Part shown: in pieces, positions 10,004-20,124 of the stretch
Layout of the letters: every line of letters begins with the position of its first letter
Position numbering within the stretch: position 1 is the stretch's first letter
From: Dehalococcoidia bacterium
GTDB taxonomy: Bacteria; Chloroflexota; Dehalococcoidia; Plut-88900
Assembly: GCA_965197585.1 (NCBI GenBank)
Contig: OZ240215.1
Coordinates: forward strand, 1,408,001-1,472,000
Reading direction: 5' to 3'
DNA: 64,000 nucleotides
Notes under the pieces: model-generated
What the model was told of the DNA's origin: nothing
What the model saw: only the letters and a program-made list of their open reading frames with translations
Databases searched by the model: none
Made by a program: the position numbers and the translations under genes

Positions 10004-11128
10004 ATGCCCGAACCCACCCTCTGGACACCCCTCTGCGATATGCTCGGAATCCGGTTCCCCGTTCTGCAGGCTGGCATGGTACCAGGCGGCTCCCCCGAAC
10101 TAGCCGCCGCAGTCTCTAACGCCGGGGGCCTTGGTGTTCTGGGCGCTTCCGGCTGGGAACCCGAGGACATCCGCCAGAAAATTCGCTGGATCCGCGACCA
10201 CACTAATAATCCTTTCGGCGTCGATCTGCAACTTCCCGTGTCCATGGCTGATGTAGACGACAACCGGGAAGAGGTCAAGGCCACCCTCCACTTCGACTAC
10301 CCTGACCACGTCGCCTGGGTCAAGGACGCTGTCCAAAGGCACTCCGTCCCCGACGCCAAGGCGGGAAAGTCATTCGCCTACAACCCGGCTTTCATCCGAC
10401 GTCAGGTCGAGGTGATTCTCGAAGAAGAAGTCCCCGTGTTCGTATCAGCACTGGGCCCGCCCGGCTGGATGACCGAGGACGCTCATAAGCTCGGAATGAA
10501 GGTCATTGGCATGGCCGGCAGCCCCCGGCACGCCCGCCGTCACGTCGACGCCGGGGTGGACATCGTAGTGGCCCAGGGCAACGAGGCTGGGGGGCACACG
10601 GGAAGAATCGCCACGATGGTACTCGTGCCACAGGTGGTCGACGCCATAGCCCCGGTCCCGGTAGTCGCCGCCGGGGGGATTGGGGATGGGCGGGGAATCG
10701 CCGCCGCTCTTTCTCTCGGGGCCCAGGGAGTATGGTGCGGCACGCTGTTCCTCTCCTCCGACGAAGCAGCCGTCCCCGACATCCACAAGCGCCGCATAGT
10801 CGAGGGCCGTTCCGAGGACTGGGTAATCAGTCGTCTCAGCTCCGGCAAGACGGCCCGCTATTTCAACAACGTCCTCGTCCAGGAATGGGCCGACTCCGGC
10901 CTGCAGGCCCTCCCCATGCCGCTGCAAGGCATGCTCATCGAAGACATGGAGCAGGGTGTTGTTGAAGGCCATTTGGAAGAACTGGAGCTGAATTCCGGCG
11001 GCCAGGTCGGGGGACTGATCGGGAAGCGAAGGCCCGCCGCCCGCATCGTCGAAGACCTGGTGAGTGAGGCGTCGGAGGCCCTCGCGCGACTTAGCCGCTA
11101 TTCCATCGGAGCAGAGGCCCGGAACTAA
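10004..11128 (+). CDS. Nitronate monooxygenase / FabK-like flavoprotein
   Basis: LAAAVSNAGGLG, AQGNEAGGHTG and VAAGGIGDGRG motifs; AGGAG before ATG 10004. Confidence 0.88.
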   Translation: MPEPTLWTPLCDMLGIRFPVLQAGMVPGGSPELAAAVSNAGGLGVLGASGWEPEDIRQKIRWIRDHTNNPFGVDLQLPVSMADVDDNREEVKATLHFDYPDHVAWVKDAVQRHSVPDAKAGKSFAYNPAFIRRQVEVILEEEVPVFVSALGPPGWMTEDAHKLGMKVIGMAGSPRHARRHVDAGVDIVVAQGNEAGGHTGRIATMVLVPQVVDAIAPVPVVAAGGIGDGRGIAAALSLGAQGVWCGTLFLSSDEAAVPDIHKRRIVEGRSEDWVISRLSSGKTARYFNNVLVQEWADSGLQALPMPLQGMLIEDMEQGVVEGHLEELELNSGGQVGGLIGKRRPAARIVEDLVSEASEALARLSRYSIGAEARN

Positions 11129-11154
11129 GCCCCCGATCCACGGAGACTCCTGAC

Positions 11155-11787
11155 ATGTACGTGCCCAAGCTCTATGCCGTAACCGACAAACAGCGCAGCT
11201 ACGACTTCATACGGGATAACGGGTTCGGCATTTTATTCTCGTCTCAAGGCTCGGGCCCGGTGGCTTCTCACCTGCCCTTCGTCCTTTCCGAGGAGCCCGA
11301 CGGTCAAGACTTTCTCCTGGGTCACATGGCAAGGGCCAACGACCACTGGCGTCACGCCGACGGCAATGAGGTCATGGTGGTCTTTCACGGGCCTCACGCC
11401 TACATTTCCCCCACCTGGTACCGGGAACCCGATACCGTCCCCACCTGGAACTATGCCGTCGTACACGTCTACGGCGCCTTCGAGGCGCTGCACGACAGGG
11501 AGGACGCCGTGCAGGTCGTTCAGCAGGTGGTCGACTACTACGAGTCCTTCCTGCCACAACCCTGGAAAGCCGACTTCGATTCCCCCTACAACCGTAAAAT
11601 GATCAAAGGGGTCACCGCCTTTAGGATCAGGATAGACCGGGTGGTGGGCAAATGGAAGTTGGGTCAGAACCGTCCGGAATACATCCGACGCCGTGCCATC
11701 CACGCCCTAAGGACTTTCCCCGGCGACTATGAGCGCAACATCGCCGATATGATGGAGTCGGCAATAGACTCCAACAACGAGGGTTAA
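11155..11787 (+). CDS. PaiB-like FMN-binding protein
   Basis: ASHLPF, GHMARAN, GPHAYISPTWY and VPTWNY motifs. Confidence 0.9.
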   Translation: MYVPKLYAVTDKQRSYDFIRDNGFGILFSSQGSGPVASHLPFVLSEEPDGQDFLLGHMARANDHWRHADGNEVMVVFHGPHAYISPTWYREPDTVPTWNYAVVHVYGAFEALHDREDAVQVVQQVVDYYESFLPQPWKADFDSPYNRKMIKGVTAFRIRIDRVVGKWKLGQNRPEYIRRRAIHALRTFPGDYERNIADMMESAIDSNNEG

Positions 11788-11801
11788 TGGGCGGCGTAAG
11801 C

Positions 11802-12494
11802 CTACGACGCGGCGAAACGGTCCAGGGCTTGTTTGGCAGCTCTCCGTTGCGCTACCCGCTTGGATGTCCCCGTGCCCCTGCCCATTGAACGCCCACCGAT
11901 GATCACCTTAGTGGCGAAAATCGGGTCACCGGTCTCTGACAACTGCTGTGTCGTCTCGTACCGGGGCTGGACTTGAAGCCGCGCCTGGGTGAGCTCCTGA
12001 AGCCGCGACTTATAGTCGGTCTCTCCGCCACCGTTGGATACGGTTTTAATCCTGGCCTTAAGCGCCTGGACAACGAAGCTGCGAGCCGCATCCAGACCGG
12101 CATCCAGCCAGACAGCGCCTATTATCGCTTCCAGGGCCCCCGCCAGGTTGCGCCGCTTAGTCCTCCCCCCCGACTTCTCCTCCCCCCGCCCCAGCCGCAA
12201 ATGCTTGCCGAGGTCCATAGCTTCCGCTGCCGAGGCCAGGGCCTGGGTCGAGACCAACTGGGCGCGCAGGACCGTCATTTCACCTTCGGTGAGTTGCGGC
12301 CATTGTCCATACAGATCGTCGGCGATTATGAACCCGAGAACGGAATCGCCCAGGAATTCCAAACGTTCGTTGGATTCCTGGGCGGCTTCCGGGTGCTCGT
12401 GTAGGTAGGATGAGTGGGTCAGGGCCTGGACCAGCAGGTACTCATCGGCCAATTCCACTACTTTGCTTGGTTCGACACCGTTGTTCGGGGACAT
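11802..12494 (-). CDS. rnc: Ribonuclease III
   Basis: ALTHSS, NERLEFLGDSVL signature, C-terminal dsRBD (DYKSRLQE...GTSKRVAQRRAA). Confidence 0.96.
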   Translation of the reverse strand: MSPNNGVEPSKVVELADEYLLVQALTHSSYLHEHPEAAQESNERLEFLGDSVLGFIIADDLYGQWPQLTEGEMTVLRAQLVSTQALASAAEAMDLGKHLRLGRGEEKSGGRTKRRNLAGALEAIIGAVWLDAGLDAARSFVVQALKARIKTVSNGGGETDYKSRLQELTQARLQVQPRYETTQQLSETGDPIFATKVIIGGRSMGRGTGTSKRVAQRRAAKQALDRFAAS

Positions 12495-12511
12495 ATTCTT
12501 CGGGTGGTGGG

Positions 12512-13132
12512 TTAGTCCCCGGGAGGGGTTGGACGCTTGATCTCCTGGAGGTTCGGCACGCCGTTGACAACGCCGAGAACGCTTTCAAACACCTCTCGGG
12601 CCTGCTCAGCCGGCGGTGGAGGCATCATCTTGAGGAAAGCCGAGGCGCCGGTGTCGGTGAACATGGTGGGAACACCGAAGACACCGTAGTTGGCCTTGGC
12701 TTCTTCGTAGTCGGAGGCAATGGTCTTCAGGGCCTGGGGGTCGTTGATGTCCTCGAGGAACTTGTCGATGTCCAGCCCCGCGTCCTTCGCCACGTCCGTC
12801 AGAATCTCGAGCTTGTCGATGGCCTTCCGTTGCATGTGACGGGCATTAAGCAGTCCAACATGGAACTTTTCGAATTTCTCGGCGCCCTGCTTCTTGGCGG
12901 CCTCTCCGGCCTTCAGGGCAAGGAGACCTTTGCTGGGGAAGGACTCATCCTGTTCCCACAACTTCCAGTCGGGGCCTTCCTTCGAGTTAACCTGCTCCAA
13001 CGGGAAATTCTTCCACGTTATGTTAAGATCGTCTCCGTACGCCTTCTTTACGTCTTGCAGCCAAACTGCCGCAACCCGAACGTAGGGTCAGAGATAGTCG
13101 TAGAACACCGTGAGATTAACTTTTTCAGACAT
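12512..13132 (-). CDS. DsbA/FrnE-like thioredoxin-fold protein, predicted selenoprotein (TGA at 13090-13088 = Sec15)
   Basis: ATG 13132 is in frame with the 162-aa ORF: MSEKVNLTVFYDYL*PYVRVAAVWL...FPLEQ. The TGA sits at the Cys of the FxDxxCP motif. cis-Pro motif GVFGVPT present; SECIS-like hairpin follows. Confidence 0.85.
13055..13074 (-). promoter_or_regulatory. Candidate bacterial SECIS hairpin
   Basis: Begins 13 nt after the UGA: UUGCGGC-AGUUUG-GCUGCAA, a 7-bp stem with a GU-containing loop. Confidence 0.65.
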
Positions 13133-13202
13133 GACGCCCCACCTTTCACACTAGAATCAAGACCATTTTAACATCCGGCCACCCTATAATACACCCCAGA
13201 TC

Positions 13203-14447
13203 ATGGACTACCTGAAGGCACTGCAATACCGGACCCGCCCCGACCTCTGGGCCTTAATCACGCGCTTAGCTGATCTGGCCGCGGACCGAGCGAGCCCCCT
13301 CTACATCGTCGGCGGCCGAGTCCGTGACCTCCTCCTTGAACGTCCCGCCGCGGATTTAGACTTGGTCGTCGAAGGCGACGCTCTGGACCTGGTGCGCGCC
13401 CTGGCCCTCGACCAGGGCGGCGAGGCCGTCGTGCACCCGAGATTTGGCACGGCAACCTACCGTAACGGCACCCTGAGATTCGACCTGGCCACCGCCCGCA
13501 CCGAAACCTACTCGCGCCCCGGCGTCCTCCCCGATGTCCGCCCCGGCCCCATTGAAGAGGATCTGGCGCGTCGGGACTTCACCGTCAACGCCATAGCCCT
13601 GCGCCTCAGCCCTCCCGATGCGGGAACGTTACTGGACAGGTTCGGGAGTCGGCAGGACTTAGAAGACCGCCTGATACGCGTCCTCCACGACGGCAGCTTC
13701 GTAGATGATCCAACGCGCATAATGCGCGCCATCAGATACGAGCAGAGGCTCGGGTTCCAGATCGAATCCTCGACCCTCGCCCTCCTGTCGAGAGACCTCC
13801 ACCTGCTCCCGTCCGTCGGCGTAGACCGACTGCGCCGAGAGATCGACCTCTTTCTCCTGGAGCCCGCCCCCGAGCTACCTCTTCTACGTGCCGAAACCCT
13901 CGGCGTTCTCCCGACAATCGATCCTGCCCTACATCTCGGCGCTCGTCTCTCAGAGATTTTCCAGTCGGCCCGCCATGAATTGGGCCAGGTCGAGCCCACC
14001 ATATTTCTCGCACTGCTTCTCTACTCAGTAGAAACAGGGAAAGCCATTCAATTTCTTGACCGATACCGCTTTCCGAAGGAGTCGATTGGGACGGTGAAAG
14101 GCACACTAGCCTTGAGGGACTCGGAGGTAAGAATCTCGGTAGAGGGACTCAGGGACAGCCAGGTGTACACTCACTTCAAGGGATTCGACAGCGACTCCGT
14201 TAGTGCTTTTGGAATCGCTACCGAGCATGAGGTTGCCAGAACCCGCGCCGCCGACTACCTATCCCGGCTCGCCGACGTTCGACCCGAGCTAACCGGCAAA
14301 GACTTGATCAACTTGGGCGTGCCTCGCGGCCCGGATATAGGCCGCGTCCTGAATCGACTTCTTGAGGCTCGTTTGGACGGGCTGACGTCCTCATGCGAAG
14401 ACGAGGCCGCCCTCGTCAAGGAGTGGCTGGCGGAGTCTGGGAGCTAG
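13203..14447 (+). CDS. cca: CCA tRNA nucleotidyltransferase / poly(A) polymerase family
   Basis: VGGRVRD, DLDLVV, DLARRDFTVNA and DDPTRIMRAIRY motifs. Confidence 0.9.
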   Translation: MDYLKALQYRTRPDLWALITRLADLAADRASPLYIVGGRVRDLLLERPAADLDLVVEGDALDLVRALALDQGGEAVVHPRFGTATYRNGTLRFDLATARTETYSRPGVLPDVRPGPIEEDLARRDFTVNAIALRLSPPDAGTLLDRFGSRQDLEDRLIRVLHDGSFVDDPTRIMRAIRYEQRLGFQIESSTLALLSRDLHLLPSVGVDRLRREIDLFLLEPAPELPLLRAETLGVLPTIDPALHLGARLSEIFQSARHELGQVEPTIFLALLLYSVETGKAIQFLDRYRFPKESIGTVKGTLALRDSEVRISVEGLRDSQVYTHFKGFDSDSVSAFGIATEHEVARTRAADYLSRLADVRPELTGKDLINLGVPRGPDIGRVLNRLLEARLDGLTSSCEDEAALVKEWLAESGS

Positions 14448-15327
14448 CCGACTTCTTCTCCAGCCTTCGCCCTTGGAAAAGGTACTGCTGGGCGTAACCC
14501 GCGTGCACCCCAAAATAGTCCAGGGCCCAGGTCCGGATCGCATCGTAAGAAGGGTTCTCTCCCACCGAGTACCACTCCTCCACCGCCCTCCTGACCCACC
14601 GGTCTATGGGAAAGGAGTCCAGCTTTTCCAGGGAGAAAAGCAATACGCAGTCGGCTACCTTGTCCCCCACCCCGAACAGAGTCCTCAGGTCCTTCTTTGC
14701 GTCGTCGTAGTTGAGTTCCCGCAAGCCCTCCAGGTCATACACGCCGCGGCCGATCCGGTCCGCGGTGTCGGCCAGGTACGGCGCTCTGAACCCCATCCCC
14801 ATCAACCTCAGTCCAGTTTCACCCAACTCCATCACCTTCTCGGGGCCCGGGAAGGAGAACCGGACGTGGCCGTCCATCTCCAGCCGGTCGCCCATCTTGC
14901 CGCACAGCGATTCTATTGACTGGCTTATCCGGGGGATGTTCGATGATATGGAGCAGATGAACGACACCAGGCATTCCCACGGCTCCTGCCTCAGAAGCCG
15001 CAGACCGAAAAACTGGGCAATCGCCCGACGCATCCTGTCGTCCCGGCCTATGACCCGGTAGATTTCCGGCAGATCGTCGTCCAGTCTCAGATAGTAGGCC
15101 AGCCGATTGACGATCTCCTCTTCGGGTAAGGGGTAGCTGTTGAATTCGACGCCCAGGAGCGTCTGTCGAATCTTCAGGATGTTGCCGTAAATGACCCCGT
15201 AGTACCAATCGCCCTCGCGCCTCCACCTGAAGGCCTGGCCGCACTCCAGCGTGTGGGTGAGATTGAATGGCTGGTCGATGGGGATCAGCATAAGGTGGAA
15301 TTGTTGGGCCTTCCCGACCGGCCCCAC
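14416..15327 (-). CDS. 8-oxoguanine DNA glycosylase (OGG1-like; start may be ATG 15291)
   Basis: TLECGQAFRW, LRQEPWECLVSFICS, HhH GVGDKVADC and FPID motifs. The 3' end overlaps convergent cca by 32 nt. Confidence 0.9.
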   Translation of the reverse strand: MGPVGKAQQFHLMLIPIDQPFNLTHTLECGQAFRWRREGDWYYGVIYGNILKIRQTLLGVEFNSYPLPEEEIVNRLAYYLRLDDDLPEIYRVIGRDDRMRRAIAQFFGLRLLRQEPWECLVSFICSISSNIPRISQSIESLCGKMGDRLEMDGHVRFSFPGPEKVMELGETGLRLMGMGFRAPYLADTADRIGRGVYDLEGLRELNYDDAKKDLRTLFGVGDKVADCVLLFSLEKLDSFPIDRWVRRAVEEWYSVGENPSYDAIRTWALDYFGVHAGYAQQYLFQGRRLEKKSASSQTPPATP

Positions 15328-15345
15328 CCCCGACCCTTCCCCAGG

Positions 15346-16023
15346 CTAGACGGGGTTGTAGATGGAAAGGGACCCTTGCCTGAGCCCCGTGCCCGGACGG
15401 TACCGCCCCGCCCTGAGCTCGACGAGAAGGTCCTCGTCGGTGTGAATGTCCCGCTCGAAGACCGTCACGTTGCACCCGACACCGTGATGAGAATGGGCGT
15501 CGCTGCCGGCAGTGCAAGGCTTGCCCAGCATCTGGGCGACTCGGTAGGCGGTCTCGTTCTCTCTCTCGTTGTTGCCGCCATTGAGCGCCTCGATTGCATC
15601 AACATATTCGAAGACGCTGTGGCGGCTCTTCCCTTCCAGAGACTCGGGCTTGGTGCCGTTGGGCCAAAGCAGGCTGCCTCGGTGGTCGTAGAAGCGGCGG
15701 AACGGGTGCATCGACACCATGTAACCGCCGACCTCGTTGATCACCTCCCGCAGCTTGGCGACTTTGTGCATTCCGCTCACATAGTGGTGCAAACCGAAAG
15801 AGCCGATGTGCCCCATTTCGGTGTCGACCTCCAGGGCGTGAAAAACCATGATCTCCTGGGAGGCTGAGAATTCGCGAAACTTGGACCAATCCCAGTTCGC
15901 ACCGTGCTCCGTGAAGCAGATCCCGTCCAGTCCCTGCTTTTTCGCTTCAAGGACTAAGTCCTGCGGCGAAATGCTGCTGTCGCTCCCCCCGATCATCGTA
16001 TGGGAATGTAGGTCTATAAGCAC
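15346..16023 (-). CDS. PHP-domain metallophosphoesterase
   Basis: DLHSHT, TEH, HPFR and GSDAH motifs. Confidence 0.85.
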   Translation of the reverse strand: MLIDLHSHTMIGGSDSSISPQDLVLEAKKQGLDGICFTEHGANWDWSKFREFSASQEIMVFHALEVDTEMGHIGSFGLHHYVSGMHKVAKLREVINEVGGYMVSMHPFRRFYDHRGSLLWPNGTKPESLEGKSRHSVFEYVDAIEALNGGNNERENETAYRVAQMLGKPCTAGSDAHSHHGVGCNVTVFERDIHTDEDLLVELRAGRYRPGTGLRQGSLSIYNPV

Positions 16024-16115
16024 TTGGGCGGTTTTCTCAAATCCCCGCGCCCTGGCTGGGGCGCAAACTGTGAATTATCGAACAAAGCCGCAGTCATTTT
16101 ATCAGCCGGACACCT

Positions 16116-16547
16116 TCACGACAACAGAAGCGGCATCAACCAGCCGAACATCCCTGCAAAGGCCAGGCCCAGTAAGTATCCGTCCCGCCAGATCCATTTA
16201 CGCGTCCATAAAGCCCCGAGCACAACTGCATTCAGGGTGAATGCACAAATCCCGATGGAAAAGGCCATGTTGGGACTGCCGATACCCGAGCCCGGTGCCA
16301 ACGCCTCCGCCCCGATATACAGCGCCCCTATCATCCCACCCCCGAGTCCCCACGCTCCCATTACCACCAGTGGAAGCAGTGCCGAAGCCGGGATGGTCCC
16401 CGGCACCCTGTTCAAGGACCCGAACAAGCCACTGGGTTTGCGGCCCGGCGCGGTAATGTTGATCGCCCAGAGCATAGTGAACAGGGTGCCAATGAAGAAC
16501 CCGCATGCAGTGCCAATCAGTAAGGCCACGGTGTCAGCGCGCCTCAC
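16116..16547 (-). CDS. Hypothetical membrane protein (about 4 TM)
   Basis: ATGA overlap with the ispE stop; hydrophobic segments. Confidence 0.65.
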   Translation of the reverse strand: MRRADTVALLIGTACGFFIGTLFTMLWAINITAPGRKPSGLFGSLNRVPGTIPASALLPLVVMGAWGLGGGMIGALYIGAEALAPGSGIGSPNMAFSIGICAFTLNAVVLGALWTRKWIWRDGYLLGLAFAGMFGWLMPLLLS

Positions 16548-17437
16548 TCATCTGTCAATACACGGGGGCCTTGGCCCGGAGTCAGGGTTCTGACCAAACG
16601 GGAATCCAGCCCTTTTGCAGTACATTCAGTGACGACCCTTTGACCTTGTTCAGACCCGTCAACCCGACAAAACAGCGTTGGGCCAGCCCCCGAAAGATGG
16701 ACCGGCCTGCCCGATGCCTCCTGCAGAATCGACCAGGACCCGTCGATGCCAGGGAATATCTGGGCAGCGACTCTATCGAAGACGTTGAAAAATGAGTCGT
16801 GGGCTATTTCGGAGCCGGCCTCTATTAGTTTGATGAGGTCAGCGGTCCTGCGACCATCGGTGTGGTCGATGAGGCACAGGGTCTTGTAGGCGATGGCGGT
16901 CTTGTTTTCGAGTCGATGGTCCGGGAAGGCGAGCACCAGCCAGAACGTCGGAGGTGTCTTCACATTCGACACCCGTTCTCCCCTCCCCTCCACCAAGGCA
17001 GTCCCCCCTGTCACGAAGAACGGCACGTCCGACCCCAGTTGCGCCGCCAACTCCTTCATTTCCGCCTCCGCAAGCCCGATACTCCATAAACGGTCGAGGC
17101 CCAGGAGAGTGGCCGCCGCGTCGCTGCTGCCGCCACCCAGCCCCGCCGCCAACGGTATCTGCTTATCGAGGCGGATCTCCGCCCCCGCCGACACCCCCGA
17201 AGTCTCCCTGAGCAGCATGCCCGCTCGATAGACCAGGTTGTCCTGCGTCCCCAGGTCTTCTATCTCAGCCAACACCTTGATTTCGTCGGAGGGGCGAATA
17301 GTAAGGGTGTCGAATAGGCTGATTGCCTGCATCACCGACGCAATTTCATGGTAGCCGTCCAGCCGCTTGCCCAACACTTCAAGTGTCAGGTTCACCTTGC
17401 CCGGAGCTTCAATTGTGACCTTCGACACTCCCGTCAC
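16544..17437 (-). CDS. ispE: 4-diphosphocytidyl-2-C-methyl-D-erythritol kinase
   Basis: APGKVNLTL, GYHEI, IPLAAGLGGGSSDAA, LGSDVPFF and SGAGPT motifs; GTGA overlap with rsmA. Confidence 0.95.
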   Translation of the reverse strand: MTGVSKVTIEAPGKVNLTLEVLGKRLDGYHEIASVMQAISLFDTLTIRPSDEIKVLAEIEDLGTQDNLVYRAGMLLRETSGVSAGAEIRLDKQIPLAAGLGGGSSDAAATLLGLDRLWSIGLAEAEMKELAAQLGSDVPFFVTGGTALVEGRGERVSNVKTPPTFWLVLAFPDHRLENKTAIAYKTLCLIDHTDGRRTADLIKLIEAGSEIAHDSFFNVFDRVAAQIFPGIDGSWSILQEASGRPVHLSGAGPTLFCRVDGSEQGQRVVTECTAKGLDSRLVRTLTPGQGPRVLTDE

Positions 17438-18276
17438 CCGAGCTCCTCCGACAACCTCTCCCACTCTTCGATCGTGAGTGTCGATGGCCTTCTTCGCCCG
17501 TCGATACCCACCCGTTCCAAGGCATCCTTCACGAAATCTCCCTCGGCGTCCAGTCCTTTGACCAGGGAGTTGTGCAACTGCTTCCTCGGGGCCCGGAACC
17601 CGGCTTTTGCGACTCTGAAGAAACGGTCCGGGTCGGACACCAAGGGCTCGGGGTGAACGTCGATAGCCACCACCACCGAGTCCACTTTCGGTTTAGGGTG
17701 AAACTTGGCAGCCGGAATGTGTGCCACGATTCTCGGGGCGCCGTACACCTGTACAGCCAGGCTCAACAGGCCTATCTTCCCGGGCTCGGCTACCATGCTC
17801 TCCCCAACCTCCCGCTGCACGGTCACGACCATTTTTACGGGCTTGTGGTCGGATTCCAGGAAGTGCCGGACTATGGGCGATGCGACGTAGTACGGCAGGT
17901 TCCCGGCAACCTTGTAACTGCCATCATTACCCACCAGATCACCCCCGTGCTCCCTGAGCAACTGCTCGGGTGCAAAGTCCCTGACGTCGCCTGATACAGT
18001 GCGAACGTTTGGGAATTCAGTCAGGTTGGTCTGAAGAAGGGAGGCAAGGTTGGAGTCGATCTCTACGGCAATGACCCGCCCAAACCTCCGGACCAGGGCC
18101 CGGGTCAGGACTCCCGTGCCCGGCCCCACCTCTATGACTACTTCATCGGGGCTCGGGTCTGCGGCGTCTACGATTTCCTCGATTATCGCCGCGTCATTGA
18201 GAAAATGTTGGCCCAGGGACTTTTTGGCCCACACACCGGTCACTTGAGCTCGTTTTCCCGTCGCAGACGCCGACAT
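17434..18276 (-). CDS. rsmA: 16S rRNA m6,2A dimethyltransferase
   Basis: KKSLGQHFL, EVGPGTG, NLPYY and PKPKVDS motifs. Confidence 0.96.
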   Translation of the reverse strand: MSASATGKRAQVTGVWAKKSLGQHFLNDAAIIEEIVDAADPSPDEVVIEVGPGTGVLTRALVRRFGRVIAVEIDSNLASLLQTNLTEFPNVRTVSGDVRDFAPEQLLREHGGDLVGNDGSYKVAGNLPYYVASPIVRHFLESDHKPVKMVVTVQREVGESMVAEPGKIGLLSLAVQVYGAPRIVAHIPAAKFHPKPKVDSVVVAIDVHPEPLVSDPDRFFRVAKAGFRAPRKQLHNSLVKGLDAEGDFVKDALERVGIDGRRRPSTLTIEEWERLSEELG

Positions 18277-18360
18277 GGCCTCACACTATACCGAAGCCAA
18301 GCCGCTGTCTAATCAACCGTTTATGGGAGGTTGAAAAAAGGGAATCGGAGAGTGTCAACT

Positions 18361-18801
18361 CTACAAGTTCAGAGGCAGTACGCCCAACTGCTTATAGATG
18401 TTCATGTTGTCCCGGTATGCGCGGAGGGCCCGGAGCTTGCCATCCTTGAACTCGGCGATCTCCATGAACGTCCAGCCGACGCTCTTGCCTGTGCCCGGGA
18501 TGCCCTTGAAGTCTCCCTGGTGAGTACCGGTCACCGTGGCCTCGGCGGCGGCCCAGTTCCCGGACGCTATTATCATTTTCCCCGTAATCTGTGAGTCCGG
18601 GAATGCCTTCCACCATTCCTTCAGCGCCGCCACGAACAGGTCCCTGCCCTCGACAGGCGACGGTTTGGAGGCGTCGTGGAACTGGAAGTCATCGGAGCAG
18701 AAGGCTCGGAATTTTGCGGGATCGTGGCTGTTGAAACAGACGAAAACGTTTTCCAGAAGGGCTACGGTCTCAGCATCTCCGACAGACGGTACGTTACTCA
18801 A
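18361..18801 (-). CDS. SnoaL-like ester cyclase (NTF2 fold)
   Basis: WKAFPD and TGTHQGDFKGIPGTGKSV motifs. Confidence 0.85.
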   Translation of the reverse strand: MSNVPSVGDAETVALLENVFVCFNSHDPAKFRAFCSDDFQFHDASKPSPVEGRDLFVAALKEWWKAFPDSQITGKMIIASGNWAAAEATVTGTHQGDFKGIPGTGKSVGWTFMEIAEFKDGKLRALRAYRDNMNIYKQLGVLPLNL

Positions 18802-18827
18802 GGTTATCTCCGTTCATTTAGGCAGGG

Positions 18828-19667
18828 CTACATGCCCAGCACTTTCTTGGCATTCTCCAGCATAATCAAGGGTCGGGCTTCATCCCAGAAGGGCGCTCCC
18901 TCGAAGTCCCGGACCCATCGCTCGGGGGTGAGGGCCGGGTAGTCCGACCCGAACAATACCTTGTGCTTTATCAGTGTGCTGGCGTACTGGATAAGCAAGG
19001 GATTGAAGTACTTGGGAGACCAACCTGAGATGTCCATATATACGTTCGGTTTGTGCACCAGCACTGCCAACTGCTCCTCCACCCAGGGGAACGCCTGGTG
19101 GGCCATTACTATGGTCAATTCCGGCAGGTCGGCGGCTACGTCGTCGATGTAGGGGATGGGCTTGGTGTATTTCAGGTGGACGCCCCCTCCCCCCGGCAGC
19201 CCAGCCCCGACTCCCGTGGTCCCGGTATGGAACATGGCTATCATGCCCAACTCAGCAATTTTTTCGTAAATCGGGTAGAACCTGCGGTCGTTTGGGTAGA
19301 ACTCCTGGGTCATGGGTATGAACTTGATGCCCTTCATGCCCAGTTCCTTGCCCGCCCGCTCGACTTCCTTTACCGCAAGCTTGCCCATCCACGGGTCGAC
19401 CGATCCGAACCCGATGAAGGTATCGGGGTATCGCCGGCTGATCGATGCAACCCAGTCGTTGCTGTCCCACGCGTCACCCTGGGCTGTGCGGTCGTCGTTG
19501 GCCAGGACCACGGCCATGTAGTCCAGCTCCTTGTACTTGGCCGCCAGTTCTTCGAGCGTAAGCTCCGGGGGCGACTTGAAATACGTGGCCATTGCCGTGT
19601 GGAACCGAGTCGGCGGCGTCCCGGGCTCCTTGGGGGGATGGATGTGGAAGTCTATAGCTTTGGGCAC
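18828..19667 (-). CDS. Amidohydrolase family 2 protein
   Basis: IDFHIH, FHTGTTGVGAG, NVYMDISGWSPKY and FGSDYP motifs. Confidence 0.88.
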   Translation of the reverse strand: MPKAIDFHIHPPKEPGTPPTRFHTAMATYFKSPPELTLEELAAKYKELDYMAVVLANDDRTAQGDAWDSNDWVASISRRYPDTFIGFGSVDPWMGKLAVKEVERAGKELGMKGIKFIPMTQEFYPNDRRFYPIYEKIAELGMIAMFHTGTTGVGAGLPGGGGVHLKYTKPIPYIDDVAADLPELTIVMAHQAFPWVEEQLAVLVHKPNVYMDISGWSPKYFNPLLIQYASTLIKHKVLFGSDYPALTPERWVRDFEGAPFWDEARPLIMLENAKKVLGM

Positions 19668-19694
19668 GGGCGGCCTCCTGGGGAGAAATTTAGA

Positions 19695-19962
19695 TCGTGC
19701 ACCCCCCGTCGATCAAGTCCCCTTGGCCTGTTGTCCGCCGCCGGGCTCAGACCAGGCGACCCTACGGCACCCAGAATTGACCGCTTACCGTTGCTTCCTT
19801 CCGGACCTGGCGGGGTTCACAGTTTTCTGCCGCGTAGGACCCAATCTTCAGCGCCCGCCGAACGGGTACAGCGTCCGAAGGTCCAGGACCTCTAGGGGGA
19901 ATTCAGTCCCGCTTTAGCGGATTGCGGGTTCAGGGCACCGCTAGCTCCCCACCTAGCACGAC
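19695..19962 (-). ncRNA. ffs: Large (Alu-domain-containing) bacterial SRP RNA
   Basis: Minus strand reads CGTGCTAGGTGGGGAGCTAGCGGTGCCCTGAACCCGCAATCCGC...GTGAACCCCGCCAGGTCCGGAAGGAAGCAACGG...GTGCACG. It has the helix 8 motif, a Bacillus-type 5' Alu domain and paired termini. Confidence 0.95.
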
Positions 19963-20089
19963 CTGGACATATGTTATTTGACGCCCATTCCGGTGTCAAT
20001 TAAAAGACGGATATGTGACAGCGCGTGTCTCGGTAGCTGAGCGCCCCGCCAAAATGATCCCGTTCACATAGAGGGGTGACATATCCCCC

Positions 20090-20118
20090 TTGACTTTATA
20101 AGACAGGTGTTCTATTAT
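20090..20118 (+). promoter_or_regulatory. sigma70 promoter with LexA-like box (element copy 1)
   Basis: TTGACT-17-TATTAT; AGAC-AGGT-GTTC at 20101-20112 abuts the -10. Confidence 0.75.
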
Positions 20119-20124
20119 TGGGCC

